DNA from: Octopus sinensis
Taxonomy: Eukaryota
Direction of reading: 5' to 3'
Assembly: GCF_006345805.1 (NCBI RefSeq)
Contig: NC_043012.1
Span: 23,684,001-23,748,000, forward strand
Length of the DNA: 64,000 nucleotides
Within the stretch, counting starts at the first letter, position 1; every line of letters begins with the position of its first letter. The position numbers and the translations under genes were made by a program. The notes under the pieces were generated by a model, which was not told the DNA's origin, ran no database searches, and saw nothing but the letters and a program-made list of their open reading frames with translations. Shown here one piece after another: positions 1 through 13,415 of the stretch.

Positions 1-64
1 CATACATCGTCACGGCTGATTGGTCAGTTTTAGTGGCTCAGCAATAGCATCTTTCTCTTAACAG

Positions 65-96
65 GCCACAGCACAGTAGGACAGGGCCAGGGCCAG
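65..96 (+). other. Candidate small internal exon (32 nt)
   Basis: ctttctcttaacAG | GCCACAGCACAGTAGGACAGGGCCAGGGCCAG | GTaggt: pyrimidine tract, AG acceptor and CAG|gtaggt donor. Open frame reads (x)HSTVGQGQGQ. No homology recognised. Confidence 0.25.
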
Positions 97-1213
97 GTAG
101 GTGCGTGTGTGTGTGTGTGCAGGGGAGAGAATTGAAGCAGGCAGGAAGGAAGGGTTTGACAATAAGATGGTATTTGAATACATCACAGCAGAAAACTAGA
201 CACACACACACACACACACACAACACACACACACACAAGCATGTGTTAAAACAATAACCACATCTCCTGTTAAAATGAAGCATCGGGGGGGGGGCTTTTA
301 ACAAACAAGGGACCAACAACAAAAAGGTCGACAAAAAGGTGAGAGAAAAAAAAACTTGTTTGGGTCAAAGCATATTATAGATCATCATTGAGGGCCCTCT
401 CTATTTAAAAGCTGCAGATTAGATGAAGTGGTGGTGGTGGTGGTGGTGGTGGTGTGGAGGGGCAAGAAGGGAAGAAGAAGAGAAATGAAACAAGGAGCTT
501 TTTACTTTCTTTCTTTTTCTTTTTTTTTGATTGGAAAAGTCAGGAATGAAAATAACATTGAGAAGAGGGGAGTGAAAAATAATAAACATCTGGTGGGAAT
601 GAGAAAAATGTTCATCACAGTTACCCACAAAACAATGGCTGCAACAACAACAACAACAACAGGCAGAGCAACTATCACAACAACAACAAAAGTAATCACA
701 ACAAACCGGAGCAACAATATCTCTGCTGAACTATTCAAGGGTGACGTAGTTACCGAGTCAGATCAATATAATGATGCGATGTGATGCACACCACTGTTGT
801 AGTTGCTGCTGCTCATGATGATGATGATATGATGATGATGATGATGATGATGGCATCAGTAAGTCTCATTGGAGTCAGGAAATTTTTCTCATTCCTGATA
901 TTCTTGGTATTAGATTTATAATGGAACAAAACAGAAAATGATGGTTGCGAAGGTAGTTGCAGGGGTGGTGGCGGTGGTGGTGGTGGTGGTGTCGGTAGTA
1001 GTAGTGATGGTGGTGGCAGAAGTGGTGGTGGAGGTGTTAGTAGTGGTGGTGGTGGCAGAAGTGGTGGTGGAGGTGTTAGTAGTGGTGGTGGTGGTGGTCA
1101 TGGTTGGAAGTAATAACAGAGCACCAGACTAAGTTCTTTTTGATATGGAGTTACGTCCCTGTATGAGCTATGTTCGAATCCTGCCGAGGTTAATTTTCCC
1201 TCTCAGTGCTCTA

Positions 1214-1632
1214 GGTGCAGTCGTGGCTGTGTGGTAAGAAGTTTGCTTCCCAACCACATGGTTCCGGGTTCTGTCCCACTGCGTGGAACCTTGGACAAAT
1301 GTCTTCTACTATAGCCTTGTTCTGACCAATTCCTTGTCAGTGGATTTGGAAGATACAAACTGAAGAGTATGTATCTGTATGTATTAATATCTATATATGT
1401 GTGTGTGTGTGTGTATCTTTGTGTCAGTGTGTCTCTCACCATTGCCTGCCAACCAGTGTTGGTGTGTTTATGTCCCCATAACTTAGCAGTTCAACAAAAC
1501 AAACTAATAGAATCAGTAGCAGTATTAAAACAAAAAAATAAGTTCTGGGGTTGATTCATTTGATTAAAAATTTTTTCAAGGCGTTGCTCCAACATGATCT
1601 CAGTCCAATGATTGAAACAAGTAAAAGGTAAA
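1214..1632 (+). mobile_element. tRNA-headed CORE-like SINE, family A, diverged copy
   Basis: Head gtggctgtgtggtaag...ggttccgggttctgtcccact (A/B-box like), core ggaaccttggacaaatgtcttct, internal (TG)n, tail gctccaacatgatctcagtccaatgattgaaacaagtaaaag. Collinear with the copy at 43794-44224. Confidence 0.85.
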
Positions 1633-1650
1633 AGATATATCTTTATATTC

Positions 1651-1694
<44 letters not shown>

Positions 1695-1744
1695 AACATA
1701 AACACACACACATATATATAAATATAAAGGTATATCTTTATACT

Positions 1745-2143
1745 CTCTTTCTTTTACTTGTTTCAGTCATTTGACTGTGGCCATGCTGGAGCACCGCCTT
1801 TAGTCAATCAAATCGACCCCGGAACTTATTCTTTGTAAGCCCAGTACTTATTCTATCGGTCTTTTTTGCCGAACCGCTAAGTAGCGGGGACGTAGACACA
1901 CCAGCATCGGTTGTCAAGCAATGCTAGGGGGACAAACACAGACACACAAACACACGTATATATATACATATACATATATACGACAGGCTTCTTTCAGTTT
2001 CCGTCTACCAAATCCACTCACAAGGCATTGGTCAGCCCGGGGCTATAGCAGAAGACACTTGCCCAAGATGCCACGCAGTGGGACTGAACCCGCAACCATG
2101 TGGTTGGTTAGCAAGCTACTTACCACACAGCCACTCCTGCGCC
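1745..2143 (-). mobile_element. tRNA-headed CORE-like SINE, family A, near full length and young
   Basis: Reverse complement of the family A copy at 43794-44224 over its whole length (ggcgcaggagtggctgtgtggtaagtagcttgc ... gactgaaacaagtaaaaga). Confidence 0.9.
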
Positions 2144-2396
2144 TATAATATATATATAAATCAAATTAGAGATAAAATCACTATTAGGCAAATCAAACAG
2201 TGAAAAACAAACCAAAACATGAAAGTAAAAATAATTAATATAATATACAAAATATATAAAAAATATAAAATTAAAAATTTAAATTATTTAAATTTAAAAT
2301 TATTAATTTATATTTATAAATTTTTAAAATTTAAATTAATAATTAAAACATTTTTAAAACTTTTTTTTATTTTCTTTATTTAAATATATATATATA

Positions 2397-2912
2397 CTAG
2401 CAGTATCGCCCGGCATTGCTCGGGTTTGTAAGGGAAATAACTATATAAGCATTTTTAGAGAGTTACTTCCCTTATAGATGCCAATTCGGGCTTTCTTAGC
2501 CATTTCTGTTTTGGTGTCTTCAAGCCATGAAGTCGTTGTTCTAAAAGAACGCTGGTCTCCTTGACAACGCTTTACGACGTTGATTTCCTTACACTCCCTT
2601 CCCCACAGCTTCACGAGGGAGGGATGAAGGGGGAGAAGCAACACAAGGTGCAGGTGTTTGAGCGTGGACACCACTCCGCCGCCATCGACACACGAAAAAT
2701 TATGCATTAAAATGGAATAAAAAATGATGTTAAATTATTTTTTAAATCGTAGACTCATCATAGACACGCGCTAATACTCAGACGGGCTCGATATGAATCA
2801 CGACTATAAGATACCCGAATTTGGTTAAACTGCACCGCAAAATGTGGGAGTAGTTAGGAATCTAAATCGAAGGGGACAGACACTCACACAACTACAGTTT
2901 TATATATATAGA
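2397..2912 (-). mobile_element. Non-autonomous Helitron-like element
   Basis: On the minus strand it starts TC after A (2912-2911) and ends CTAG (2400-2397) before T. A GC-rich subterminal hairpin gcccggcattgctcggg lies at about 2408-2424, just inside the CTAG end. These are canonical Helitron termini. Confidence 0.75.
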
Positions 2913-2920
2913 TATATATA

Positions 2921-3386
2921 CATCCAATGAAAAGAAGGAGACAAAGAAAATTCTTTAACACATCTTTAATTATAAGTTACAAATGTTTCTGTAGCTTCTC
3001 CAGTCGCAACGCCAGTTTACCTGAAAATTCTAAAAGAAAAATGACATAATATTTGCAGTTTTAGGCATTGGAGAGGCACTTCATTAGACTTGCATCAAGG
3101 ATGTGCTGTTACCTTGTGCATCTGTCAGACCTTGTTGCTAGGAAAATATCTGGAGGAAATGAAAAAGAAAAAAATTAAAAGTGTGTATGTGGGATGAGTC
3201 GGTAAGGATCTTCGATACAAGTCTGGGGATATCCCTCTCCAATGTCTAAAACTGCAAATATTACATGATTTTTCATTTAGAATGCTTGTGTAGACTGGCG
3301 TTGCAAATGGTGATGGTATGGAAAAATTTGTAACTTATAATTAAAAATGTATTAAAGAATTTTCTTTGTCTTCTTTTCATTGGATT
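2921..3386. repeat. Long inverted repeat (arms about 2921-3076 and 3234-3386)
   Basis: catccaatgaaaagaag...gcaacgccagtttac...atatttgcagttttaggcattggagagg is the reverse complement, with mismatches, of cctctccaatgtctaaaactgcaaatat...ctggcgttgc...cttttcattggat. Confidence 0.9.
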
Positions 3387-3490
3387 ATTTGAAACTTGGC
3401 TTGGATCCCGAATTTGCCTTGGATCATGAAGATGTTGATAGCCCAGCATTTGGGATGAGTGCTTCTCTGGAAACACCCCAACTTCACACC
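3090..3490 (-). mobile_element. Penelope-like reverse transcriptase remnant
   Basis: Minus-strand translation ...SLHKHSK*MKNHVIFAVLDIGEGYP resembles the PLE RT motif F-x-x-x-D-I-x-x-x-YP; stops are present. A Penelope-type terminal segment lies nearby at about 3830-3990. Confidence 0.5.
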
Positions 3491-3993
3491 CGACTGACAA
3501 TCAAATTTCACAAAATATAATATATATATAAAAATTAGGAAACAAAACTGCAAAAAATTGCAAAATAATAATAAAAACATATATATTTTGTATGTTTTTA
3601 TTATTATTTTGCAATTTACTTAATCATCAGTATATTATTGTTATTTTATCTTTAATATTTCTATTTATGTAATTTTCTAGATGGTGTAATTTAATTGTTC
3701 ATTTTGATTGATAAAAGGTGGCTTTTTTTCTAATTTTGTGTGTATATATATATATATATATATATTAATAATGAAATAAAACATATGCATATATATAAAC
3801 ATATATTACGTACCTACCTCTACATGTACATATCCACGCATATATGAGTAACAGGACACCAAAGGGACGTCGAACACACAAGAGAAATGAAAACATAGAC
3901 ACAAACCAAAGGAACTGGACATTTTTTAAAAATAAACAAAATAATGGAGTACAGGACAATTAACACAAAGAAAAAACCCCTTCTTCAGTCGCT

Positions 3994-4075
3994 GATATAT
4001 ATATATATATCATCATTGTTTAATGATATATATATATCATCATTGTTTAATGATATATATATATCATCATTGTTC
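3994..4075. repeat. Short tandem triplication
   Basis: Unit g(at)n-catcattgtttaat occurs three times (27-31 bp). Confidence 0.9.
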
Positions 4076-6324
4076 TGAGTTCAAATCTTGAGGTCAACTT
4101 TGCTTCTCATCTTTCTGGGGTTCAATGAAATAAAGTACCAGTCAAGTACTGGGTTGATTTAATCAACAAAATTCCAGCACTGCAATCACCACCTCAAACT
4201 TGCAGGCCTTGTGCCTATGTAAGAAGTTATTATTAAACCAACGAGGACATTGGAGTATCAGAACTGGCACAGTGCCAGGCTAAAGTTATCTGAGAAAACA
4301 TGAAATATTTTCCGTCTTTCATTCTTTTCTCTCTTTATATGACTCGGTCTCTGTCTTTCCTCTCTTTAACATGAGTTTGTCTGTGGAATTTTCATTCCTT
4401 TGCATTATAAACAGAAATCCCATCAGGATCAACTTTCACTTTCATTATTTCAAGATCAATAAAGTAAGTTATGAAGTTTGTATCATGGCTGTTTATTTAA
4501 TTGACTATATACACCTAACTATAAATCTGTAGACATGTACTAACGCTGTGAAACCATAGCTATTCAGGCAGTACCATTTGTAAGAATAGAAAACATAAAC
4601 AACAAAAAAAAAAAAAAAAACTAAGGCCAGATAGACCATCATTGTTTTCACATCTACTTCTCCATGGTTGCATGAGTCAGATGAGTAGGGCAAAGTATTT
4701 TCTATGGCTGAATGCTCTTGCAGCCACTAATTTCTACTTGTTTTCAAATAAAGTAACAATCTCTCAGGCTTTCAAACAACAAACTGCTTGGACATGTTTT
4801 ATGAGAAGAACTGGAAACAGATGTCACTGCATGGATGAGCCTCTTGTTTCCACAGATCATGCAACACATTAAAGGATGTTGAGAAGCCATTATTTACAAA
4901 CTAGAAAAACAGAAGATAAACAAGAACTTGCTCCAGTAACACATACGGACACATACACATAAATACATATATACATGATGGGCTTCTTTCAGTTTCCACC
5001 TATATACTCTAGTAGAAGGTACCTGCACAAGGTGTCATGCAGTGGAACTGAATTAAAAACCATGTAAAAAACCTACGAATGTCTTGGTGTTAACTTGCAT
5101 TTCTCTCACGCTCTCTCTCTCCTCTCTCTCTCTCTCTCTGAAATGAAATATTGAAATTGAAGTGTGATAACCAAGAATCTAGGTTTCTGTGGAGCCTTTT
5201 GCAGAATGACTACAAAAATACAGTAATCATGAGATGAGCCAACAAAAGCTCTGCTTAGTGGTCATGTGACATGCAAGAAATAGCAGTCAAATCTGACTTG
5301 TATCATATCCTTTCCTTTGAGAAAATAACATGTTGAAGAATGCCATCATGGGTTCCCTGCACATAAGAAAAAGCTGGGATGGTTTTAGATGTATTGTCTG
5401 CTTGACCAAATTGACCAAGGGCTAAAAAGAGTATAACAACTAAACAGGAGATAAGCTAATGAAGGTGCCTCTAGGCAGCTGCATAATCTGCCAAGAAGAA
5501 CAGCCAAATGCTCATCGAAGTATGCCCCATCATCTTAGATAAATAAAATACATAATGCATAATGCAGTCTTCATATCATTTAAACCCAGGAAGGTCGTCA
5601 TCGACAACGACATCGATGCTGCATCCGATGACGACAACAACAACAACCTTGTTCCATGCAGACATGATTTCAATGGTTTGACAAGATCTGATAGGTCCAC
5701 AGACTGTACATACACCTCAGTGTCTGCTTTGGCATGGTTTTTAAGGCTGGATGCCCATTCTTGTGCCAACCACTTTACAGTGTGTACTGGGTGCTTTATA
5801 GATGGCGCCACAAGACTGGAACAACCATGATTAGTACTCTAATGGATCTGAAAAGGTAAATAGCAAAGCTGACCATGAACTCAGAGCATAGACATCTTGA
5901 ACAGATACTTACATAAGACATTTTATTCATCTCTCTAATGATTTAAGAAGAATTTGGTGTTTCTAGGACACGGTGTTAGGACATTCTGTTACCATACTTC
6001 TGGAGACATACTCTACCTTTGTTTCAGTGATCAGAATCACAAAGAATTTGATAAAATACCTTTCTTATAATTAAACCAGTATTTAGAGCATAAATTAACA
6101 TGTTATTTTGATGGAAGTCTTGAATTTGGATCAACCTAATCCTTTTATTACGAAATATACTGATTTTCTTTCTATCAGTTTTCAAAAGGATTTAGAAAAT
6201 AAAATCGGTATGAAATTTTGATGGAAGATTTTAATTTAGATTACTATGTTTTTCAGCAAACAAGTTGACCAACATTTTTAGCCAATATCGGTTGTTGTGG
6301 CCGATGACAGTACCGCCTGATTGA

Positions 6325-6692
6325 CACCTGTGCCGGTGGCACATAAAAAGCACCATTCAAGCATGGTTGATGCCAGTGCTGCCTGACTGGTCCTTGCCGG
6401 TGGCACATAAAAGGCACTATTTGAGCATGGTTGTTGCCATTACTGCATGACTGGCTCCCGTGCAGGTGGCACATAAAAGGTACCATTCAAGCATGGTCGA
6501 TGCCAGTACCACCTGACTGGCCCTCGTGCCAGTGGCACATAAAAAGCATCCACTGCACGTTAGGAAGGGCATGTCGTTGTAGAAACTTTGCCAGATTGGA
6601 GCCTAGTGCAGCCTTCTGGCTTGCCAGCCCTCACTCAAACCGTCCAACCCAGGCCAGCATGGAAAGCGGACATTAAACGATGATGATGATGT
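6325..6692 (+). mobile_element. SINE-like family C with (GAT)n tail and internal subrepeats
   Basis: Several gtgccggtggcacataaaaagcacc subrepeats, then gttaggaagggcat...gtagaaac...ccgtccaaccc...gcatggaaagcggacattaaacgatgatgat. Same family as 33436-33829 and 53150-53320. Confidence 0.85.
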
Positions 6693-7539
6693 TGACTGGT
6701 AGGTTGACTTATACACCAGGACAACTTTATAGAACCAAAATTCCATGTGAAATGTAGCAGGATTTGGAAAGATAGTGATGGTGCTTGAATGTTTACACTA
6801 CTACCATGGCTTGTGTGCGAAAAATACAGCACTTAAAACAAGAAGTTTATATTAGAGGCCAAGAGGCTGTTCAGGGAGGATGTTTTCTAAAAGGTTAAGA
6901 CCGGGCTATGTTACTAGCTGAAGCACACCAAAAGAACTGAATTTGACAATGAGAAAATAACATAACATTTGGCAATTTTACAATTCTGGTTCTGCCATCA
7001 TAAAACTGACAGAGATGCCTTGTGAGTGAAAAGCAATAGCTATCAACAGAGATTAGTAAAGAAGCAACGACAGCTCAACTCGTTAGTAAATGCCTTATAA
7101 TGAATTTGTGACACTTCTCACAAGCATTCAACAACATCAGCAAAGAAGAGCCTCTATGTGGCTGTTAAAGACGCTAAAAATAGCAGTAGCCAAATTCACT
7201 CATATGATGTCTTACTATTCTTTTTTGCAAAAAAAAGGGAAGAATACACTGGATAATGTTGACCAACATAACACTGAATTGACAGGAGAGACAAGGTTGG
7301 AATGTCTTTGACCAGATGTTTGCACAATCAACACTGACTTACGGCTAAACAAGAATACAGCTGCATCCTGTTTTTTCATTTTGCTTTTTATTTGTGTTTT
7401 TGCATGTAAATATATGTGTGCATGGGTACGTGTGTATAAAAACACACACAGACATAAAACGTGTGTATATAGCTATGCGACAATTTTGTGTTAGACAACA
7501 CATGCATAGATATCTATGATTCAATTTAGAAGTGGGTTT

Positions 7540-7623
7540 ATGTGTGCGTGCACATGTGTGTGTATATACATACACAAACATATATGTATATACACACACA
7601 CACATATTTACATCTATGTGTGC

Positions 7624-7655
<32 letters not shown>

Positions 7656-8125
7656 GTGCATGTGTTTATGTATTAAGTAGCTAAGTGTGCTTCATTTTAC
7701 ATGTGTACAACAAAGACACATTTCTCTCTCTCTCTCAACATATATATATATATATGTATGTATGTATAGATAGATAGCTAAATAGATACACACACGCACA
7801 AGATATATATATTTTTATGAGTGTATACAAAATCTCTTATATGTGCATAGTGCCTTCACATATATTTCCATGCATAACACAGAAGTACACACACACACAC
7901 ATATATTAGGGAAGAAGAGGAACAGAGAGAGAAAAGCAAACAGACAGAGAATTTTATATTTTCTCAGATACCTATAACCATAAATATATAAACATACAAT
8001 AAAATAAACAGATAAACGACACCATGAGAGGCAGATACATATATACACACACCACATGTTTAGACGTACGCATAGAAAATAAATTTGGCATCTCTCCCTC
8101 TTTATATAATATACATACATATATG

Positions 8126-8156
<31 letters not shown>

Positions 8157-8424
8157 CCACACACATATACATATATATATATATATATATACATGTATAT
8201 ATATACACATATATATACATATATACACATATGTATACATATATGCATAAATATACATATGTATACATATATAAACATATACATATACACACACACATAT
8301 ATGTATATATACACAACATCCATATATATATATATACAGACACATACATATACACATATGGGTGTGTCCACACACATCCATCTATATGTATATATATCAA
8401 CAAACACATTGATGTGTGTGCATG

Positions 8425-8461
<37 letters not shown>

Positions 8462-8570
8462 GTGTGTGTGTGTGTGTGTTTGTGGGCACATACACATCAA
8501 CAGACATGTATGCATACATATGCATACATGTACATGTGCACACAGCTACCACCATACTGCAGCAGTATGT
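7540..8570. repeat. Compound (TA)n/(CA)n/(TG)n microsatellite block
   Basis: Dinucleotide tracts are visible directly and explain the overlapping YI/HT/CV-rich ORFs. Confidence 0.95.
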
Positions 8571-8826
8571 GTGTAAGTGACAAACACAACCAACACCTCA
8601 TAGTATTGAAGCATCCCATCCTTTGATCATTGTCAGAGTCCGACAATTCAACATGTCTGGAGTTAATTGTGTCCATAATTAAGTTTTTGCCCATAAAACA
8701 CAGAACCAATGTTGTTGTTGTTGTCGTTGTTCTTGGCAGTGGTGGTGGTGGTGGTGGAGGAAGAGGAGCAAAAAGGAAGAACTGTTTGAGCAAGAAAGAG
8801 GATGGAAGACAGATAGATAGACAGAA

Positions 8827-8870
<44 letters not shown>

Positions 8871-8991
8871 AATAGAGAGGGAGAGATGGTAGAAAGAGAT
8901 AGAGAAAGAAATAAAGAAAACGGGAGGGGTTGAAATAGAAAAGAAGATAGTATGAGAGATAACAAGAGATAGAGAGAGAAAGAAAGAGAGT

Positions 8992-9042
<51 letters not shown>

Positions 9043-9980
9043 GAAGAAAATAAATGAAGCTAAGAATGGTCTTCCAATTTCTTGGTGAGTGAACACATCG
9101 TTTCTCGTTTCAACTCAACAAACTAAACAACTAATGTCAGAAAGCTTAGAATGTCTATCCATTTTATTCTAATTAATGGTGCAATTTTCCATCCATTATC
9201 AATCCTCAGAGAATCAGTGCTTGCCTTCTGCGCTCGTTGCTTAGTCGATTGGCATGGAGCAAAAGAACAACAGAAGAGTTACTTTGGGAATAATTAAATC
9301 GACAGCATACAACTTGAGGCTTATTAACGGTAATCAAATCATGGGAAACTAAGAGTGTGTATGTACATTGTGTTTGGCTTCTTTGTTTTTCTTTTGTTTT
9401 TATTGTGTTACTTGTTTGCTTGTCATTTTTTTTTTTTTTTTATCATCTTTATATTGACCCAAGATTGAAAGGCCTCGCCAAGACAAACATTCTACCCCCA
9501 ACACCCCTCAGGGGGTAATTCTTTAATGAAAAGACAAAATTATCATCTTTGTCGTTGTTATTGCATTTTTTACATTTTAATTCTTTGTTTTTTCCCCCTT
9601 TTTTTGCTTTTATATTTTCGTTGAGATTGTTTTTAATACTATTATTGCTATTATTATCATCATTATTATTATCATTTTTCTCTCAGCTCTGATTCCACCG
9701 AAAATATTCTGAGAAACTATATATGCATACACATGGAAATACACATATAAATACATATATATTCATAGACAGTGCACATACATACACTGCATAAAAAAGC
9801 ATACAAGCAAGCCTATACACACACACATATATACATGCACATATATGTATGCATACTCATACATACACATGCATATATGCATGCATATTCAGACATAAAA
9901 TTATAAAGCCCACAGACATATGTAGCCACATTTTTCTATCTAATTAATACTTATGCAAGTGTGCATAAATATAATATTAA

Positions 9981-10052
<72 letters not shown>

Positions 10053-10466
10053 TATGTATGCATGTATGTATGGATAGATAGATGAATGGATGTGTATATA
10101 CATATATTACACATGCATACACACACCATAGGTTTTGAAAGAATTTCTTTCAAGATTCTAACCCAAAATATGCAGTGGCAAAAAGCCCCCAGAAACAAAG
10201 AAAGCAAATATATATATACATATATAAAAAAAAAACAACATCATGTACACGCAGCAGCAACGACGCTGATGTTAAATTAAAAATGGAAATAAAACTAAAA
10301 TTAAAAAGTCCTACATAGATATTCTTTGAAAGCTAAAGTAACAAAGTGGTACCAAGGGAGAGGTTTCAACAGAATAAACTGTTTGATCGAATGCCAATTC
10401 AAAGGTTTCGAAGTAAAGTGTTTTTTATATCCTGTTATATTTTTAAAACGTTCTTCTCTCATATAC

Positions 10467-10534
<68 letters not shown>

Positions 10535-10581
10535 GAAGAGTTTTGTTTTGAATTTGGCTAATATTGTTAATTTCATGTAGG

Positions 10582-10623
<42 letters not shown>

Positions 10624-11072
10624 TTTTTCATATTATTATTCATGTTTAACATGTATATATATTTATTCGCTTTTCCATATTTAAATACTGAGTGCTATTT
10701 TTTGTTGCTGTTGTTGTTGTTTCCTTTTTATATTTTGTTTTAAAATTCTTTTAATCTTGACATTTTATTATGTTTCAATTCTGATTTTTATTTATTTATA
10801 TATTTTTTTCTATGAATCTTTTATTATATTTATTTATTATTATTTTTTTTAATGAGTAGTCTGGCAATTACTTTAAGGAAATCTCTCTAAGATGAAAAAT
10901 ATGAACATTAGAAGGTTAATAACCTAGGTTTATATTATTAACATTATTAAATCTTACACAGCTTAGCTGCAGTTTCTCTTTTCTTTATTTTTTCCTCAGA
11001 CACCCACTGCCATTTCTACTACTACTATTACTACTACAACTACTACTACTACTACTAATAATAATAATAATA

Positions 11073-11303
11073 TATTTCTTTACTGCTCACAAGGGGCTAA
11101 ACACAGAGGGGACAAACAAGGACAGACAAAGGGATTAAGTCGATTACATCGACCCCCAGTGCAAAACTGGTACTTTATTTATCGATCCCGAAAGGATGAA
11201 AGGCAAAGTCGACCTCGGCGGAATTTGAACTCAGAACGTAACGACAGACGAAATACCGCTAAGCATTCTGCCTGGTGTGCTAACATTTCTGCCAGCTCAC
11301 TGC
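11073..11303 (-). mobile_element. tRNA-derived SINE, family B, near full length
   Basis: Reverse complement reads gagctggcagaaatgttagcacaccaggcagaatgcttagcggtatttcgtctgtcgttacgttctgagttcaaattccgccgaggtcgactttgcctttcatcc..., with B-box gagttcaaattcc. Confidence 0.9.
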
Positions 11304-11324
11304 CCTACTACTAATAATAATAAT

Positions 11325-11534
11325 CTTTTCTATTATAGGCACAAGGCCTGAAGTTTCAGGAGAGGGGTAAGTTGATTACATTGACATCAGTGATCAGCTG
11401 GTACTTAATGACCCTGAAAGGATGAAAGGTAAAGTTGACCCCATCAGAATTTGAACACAGAATGTAAAGAGGGACGAAATGCTGCTAAGTGTTTTGTCTG
11501 GCGAACTTATGATTGTGGTAGCTTCACAGCCTTC

Positions 11535-11575
<41 letters not shown>

Positions 11576-12320
11576 GCACTATGACCTGGCAACACCGGGT
11601 CATAGTGCTAGGGCATGCATATACAGCTGCATGCGTGTGCACATACACGCGAGTACTGTCCAAATCTCTGACCAATCGCATACAGCTAGCTGGCATTCAA
11701 TTGGCGTATCAAGTTTTGGGCATTTTGATTAAGTTTTGGATAGAAAATTCACAAAAATGTCACTTCTATTGATTTTTTTAATGGCTTTGCGGGGTGATTG
11801 GGAAATGTAAAGATGTGTACGACCACCCTTGCACGGTTTTGAATGACCATAGAAAGTGCGAGCCCTCTAACTGAAAAATTGTTGATTTGTATAAAGGATA
11901 CACACACAGACAGACATTTTGCCGTTTATATATATAGAGATAATAATAATAATAATAATCCTGTCTACTATAGGCAAAAAGACCTGAAATTTCGAGGGAG
12001 GGACTTGTCAATTACATTGACCCCAGTGTTTCACTGGTACTAAATTTATCTACCCTAAAAGGATGAAAGGCAAAGTTGACCTTGGCGAAATTTGAACTAA
12101 TAATGATAATAATTCTTGGTTCAGTCGGCATAAAGCCTGAAATATTTGGGAAGGGTTTAGTTGATAATACCAACCCCAGGGCTCAATTAATATTTACTTC
12201 ACCAGTCCCAAAAGGATGAAAAGCAAAGTTGATGTTGGTGGAGTTTGAACTCAGAATGTTAAGCCAGAAGAAATTCTGCTAAGTCCTTTCTGACCATTGT
12301 GCAAGCAATTCTGCCAGGAG
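11325..12320 (-). mobile_element. Cluster of three further family B SINE copies separated by TAA arrays
   Basis: Motif aaaggatgaaaggcaaagttgacc...gaatttgaactcagaa recurs at about 11415, 12060 and 12210. Each copy is preceded by (TAA)n and an aaggcctgaa-type tail. Confidence 0.85.
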
Positions 12321-12377
12321 ACTATTATTATTACTATTATTGTTATTATTATCATTATTATTAATCATAATAATAAC

Positions 12378-12407
<30 letters not shown>

Positions 12408-12410
<3 letters not shown>

Positions 12411-12900
12411 GTACCAGGCAGTGGTTCTCATGGCTTCTGATTTTAACTAATGGAAGTGTTATCATGTACATTGTTCTGTCTTGGTATAAAAGATGGACTA
12501 CAGCAAATATTCTGCACAATACCACAGATTTGCTTGTCAGTTGTTTGACCGTAACCGGTTGAGCATGTCCCTTAGCAGCTGACAATATGTGCATCTCTGA
12601 TCATGAGCAGAAGTAGTGGGGGAGCATAATAGCCATGTGCTGAGAGGAAACATGGGTGTTTCGTTCAACATCCTTAAACAAACCTTATTCAAGGGCCGGC
12701 CATTTGAGCAAGATGGGCTACTCAATCTGAAGAAAATTCTAACTGGGTCCTACCTGCAAGTCGTGCATATATGGTTGTGATGCATGTGCCTGGTGTACTT
12801 TTATCAGATGGGTATTCATGATGGGTATGCTGGGCTTCATATATTTTACCCCAGTGTCAATTTCATGGCATGCCCTGCTCTCTCACTCAATAATAATAAT
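12408..12900. repeat. About 490-bp interspersed repeat bounded by TAA arrays
   Basis: Its first ~120 bp recur inverted at 13844-13960, and it has (TAA)n on both sides. Class not recognised. Confidence 0.65.
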
Positions 12901-13129
12901 GACCCTTTCTACTATAGGCACAAAGTCTGAAAATTTGCAGGTGAGGTTGTTGTTGATTGAAACAACCTCAGTGCTTCACAGGTAAATTATTTTATCAGCC
13001 TTCGAAGGATGGAAAGCAAAATGGACACCAGTAGGATCGTAAAGTGCCAGAGGAAATTCTTTAAAGTACTTTTTCTAGCATGCTAATTGTCTTTGCCATC
13101 TCACTGCCTTGATAACAGTAATAAGAATC

Positions 13130-13415
13130 CAAAATTGCACAATATCTTCAGAAACAGTACTCTGAGCACAGGGACCAGGATCCATATACTGAACTGTTAT
13201 GTCTACCTTGTGTTTATGAATGGAAGTGAGGCATGGTCTATAACATCAGAAATGAGACGGAAAGCTGTGGAATTTGGTTCTTAAGGAGAATACTGAGAAC
13301 AGAATGGACAGACAGAGTGTCTTATGAAGAAGTGATGATATGAGCTGCAGTAAATAGGAAACTGTTTCATGGGAAAAGGGCCAAGCAACTGAGATTTCTC
13401 GGTCATAAATACCAC
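13130..13415 (+). mobile_element. RTE-type LINE ORF remnant (post-RT region)
   Basis: NIFRNSTLSTGTRIHILNCYVYLVFMNGSEAWSITSEMRRKAVE, frameshift, WFLRRILRTEWTDRVSYEEV...KQLRFLGH. This matches the YGSEAW...WFLRRIL...W.D.V.NEEV...LR(W/F)LGH signature. Confidence 0.85.

Noticed and set aside
5530-5830. Protein-looking ORFs on both strands
   Set aside because: They overlap a decayed family C SINE (ggcatggtttt...ggctggatgccc...gccaaccac) and a (GAC/AAC) repeat.
6325-6560. Regularly spaced ~25-bp repeats resembling a CRISPR array
   Set aside because: They are internal subrepeats of SINE family C with mutually similar spacers, in a eukaryotic context with no cas genes.
7815-9096. Longest ORFs in the track (137-200 aa)
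   Set aside because: They are translations of (TA)n, (CA)n and (GA)n tracts (YI, HT, CV, SL runs) open on both strands, with no protein-like complexity.
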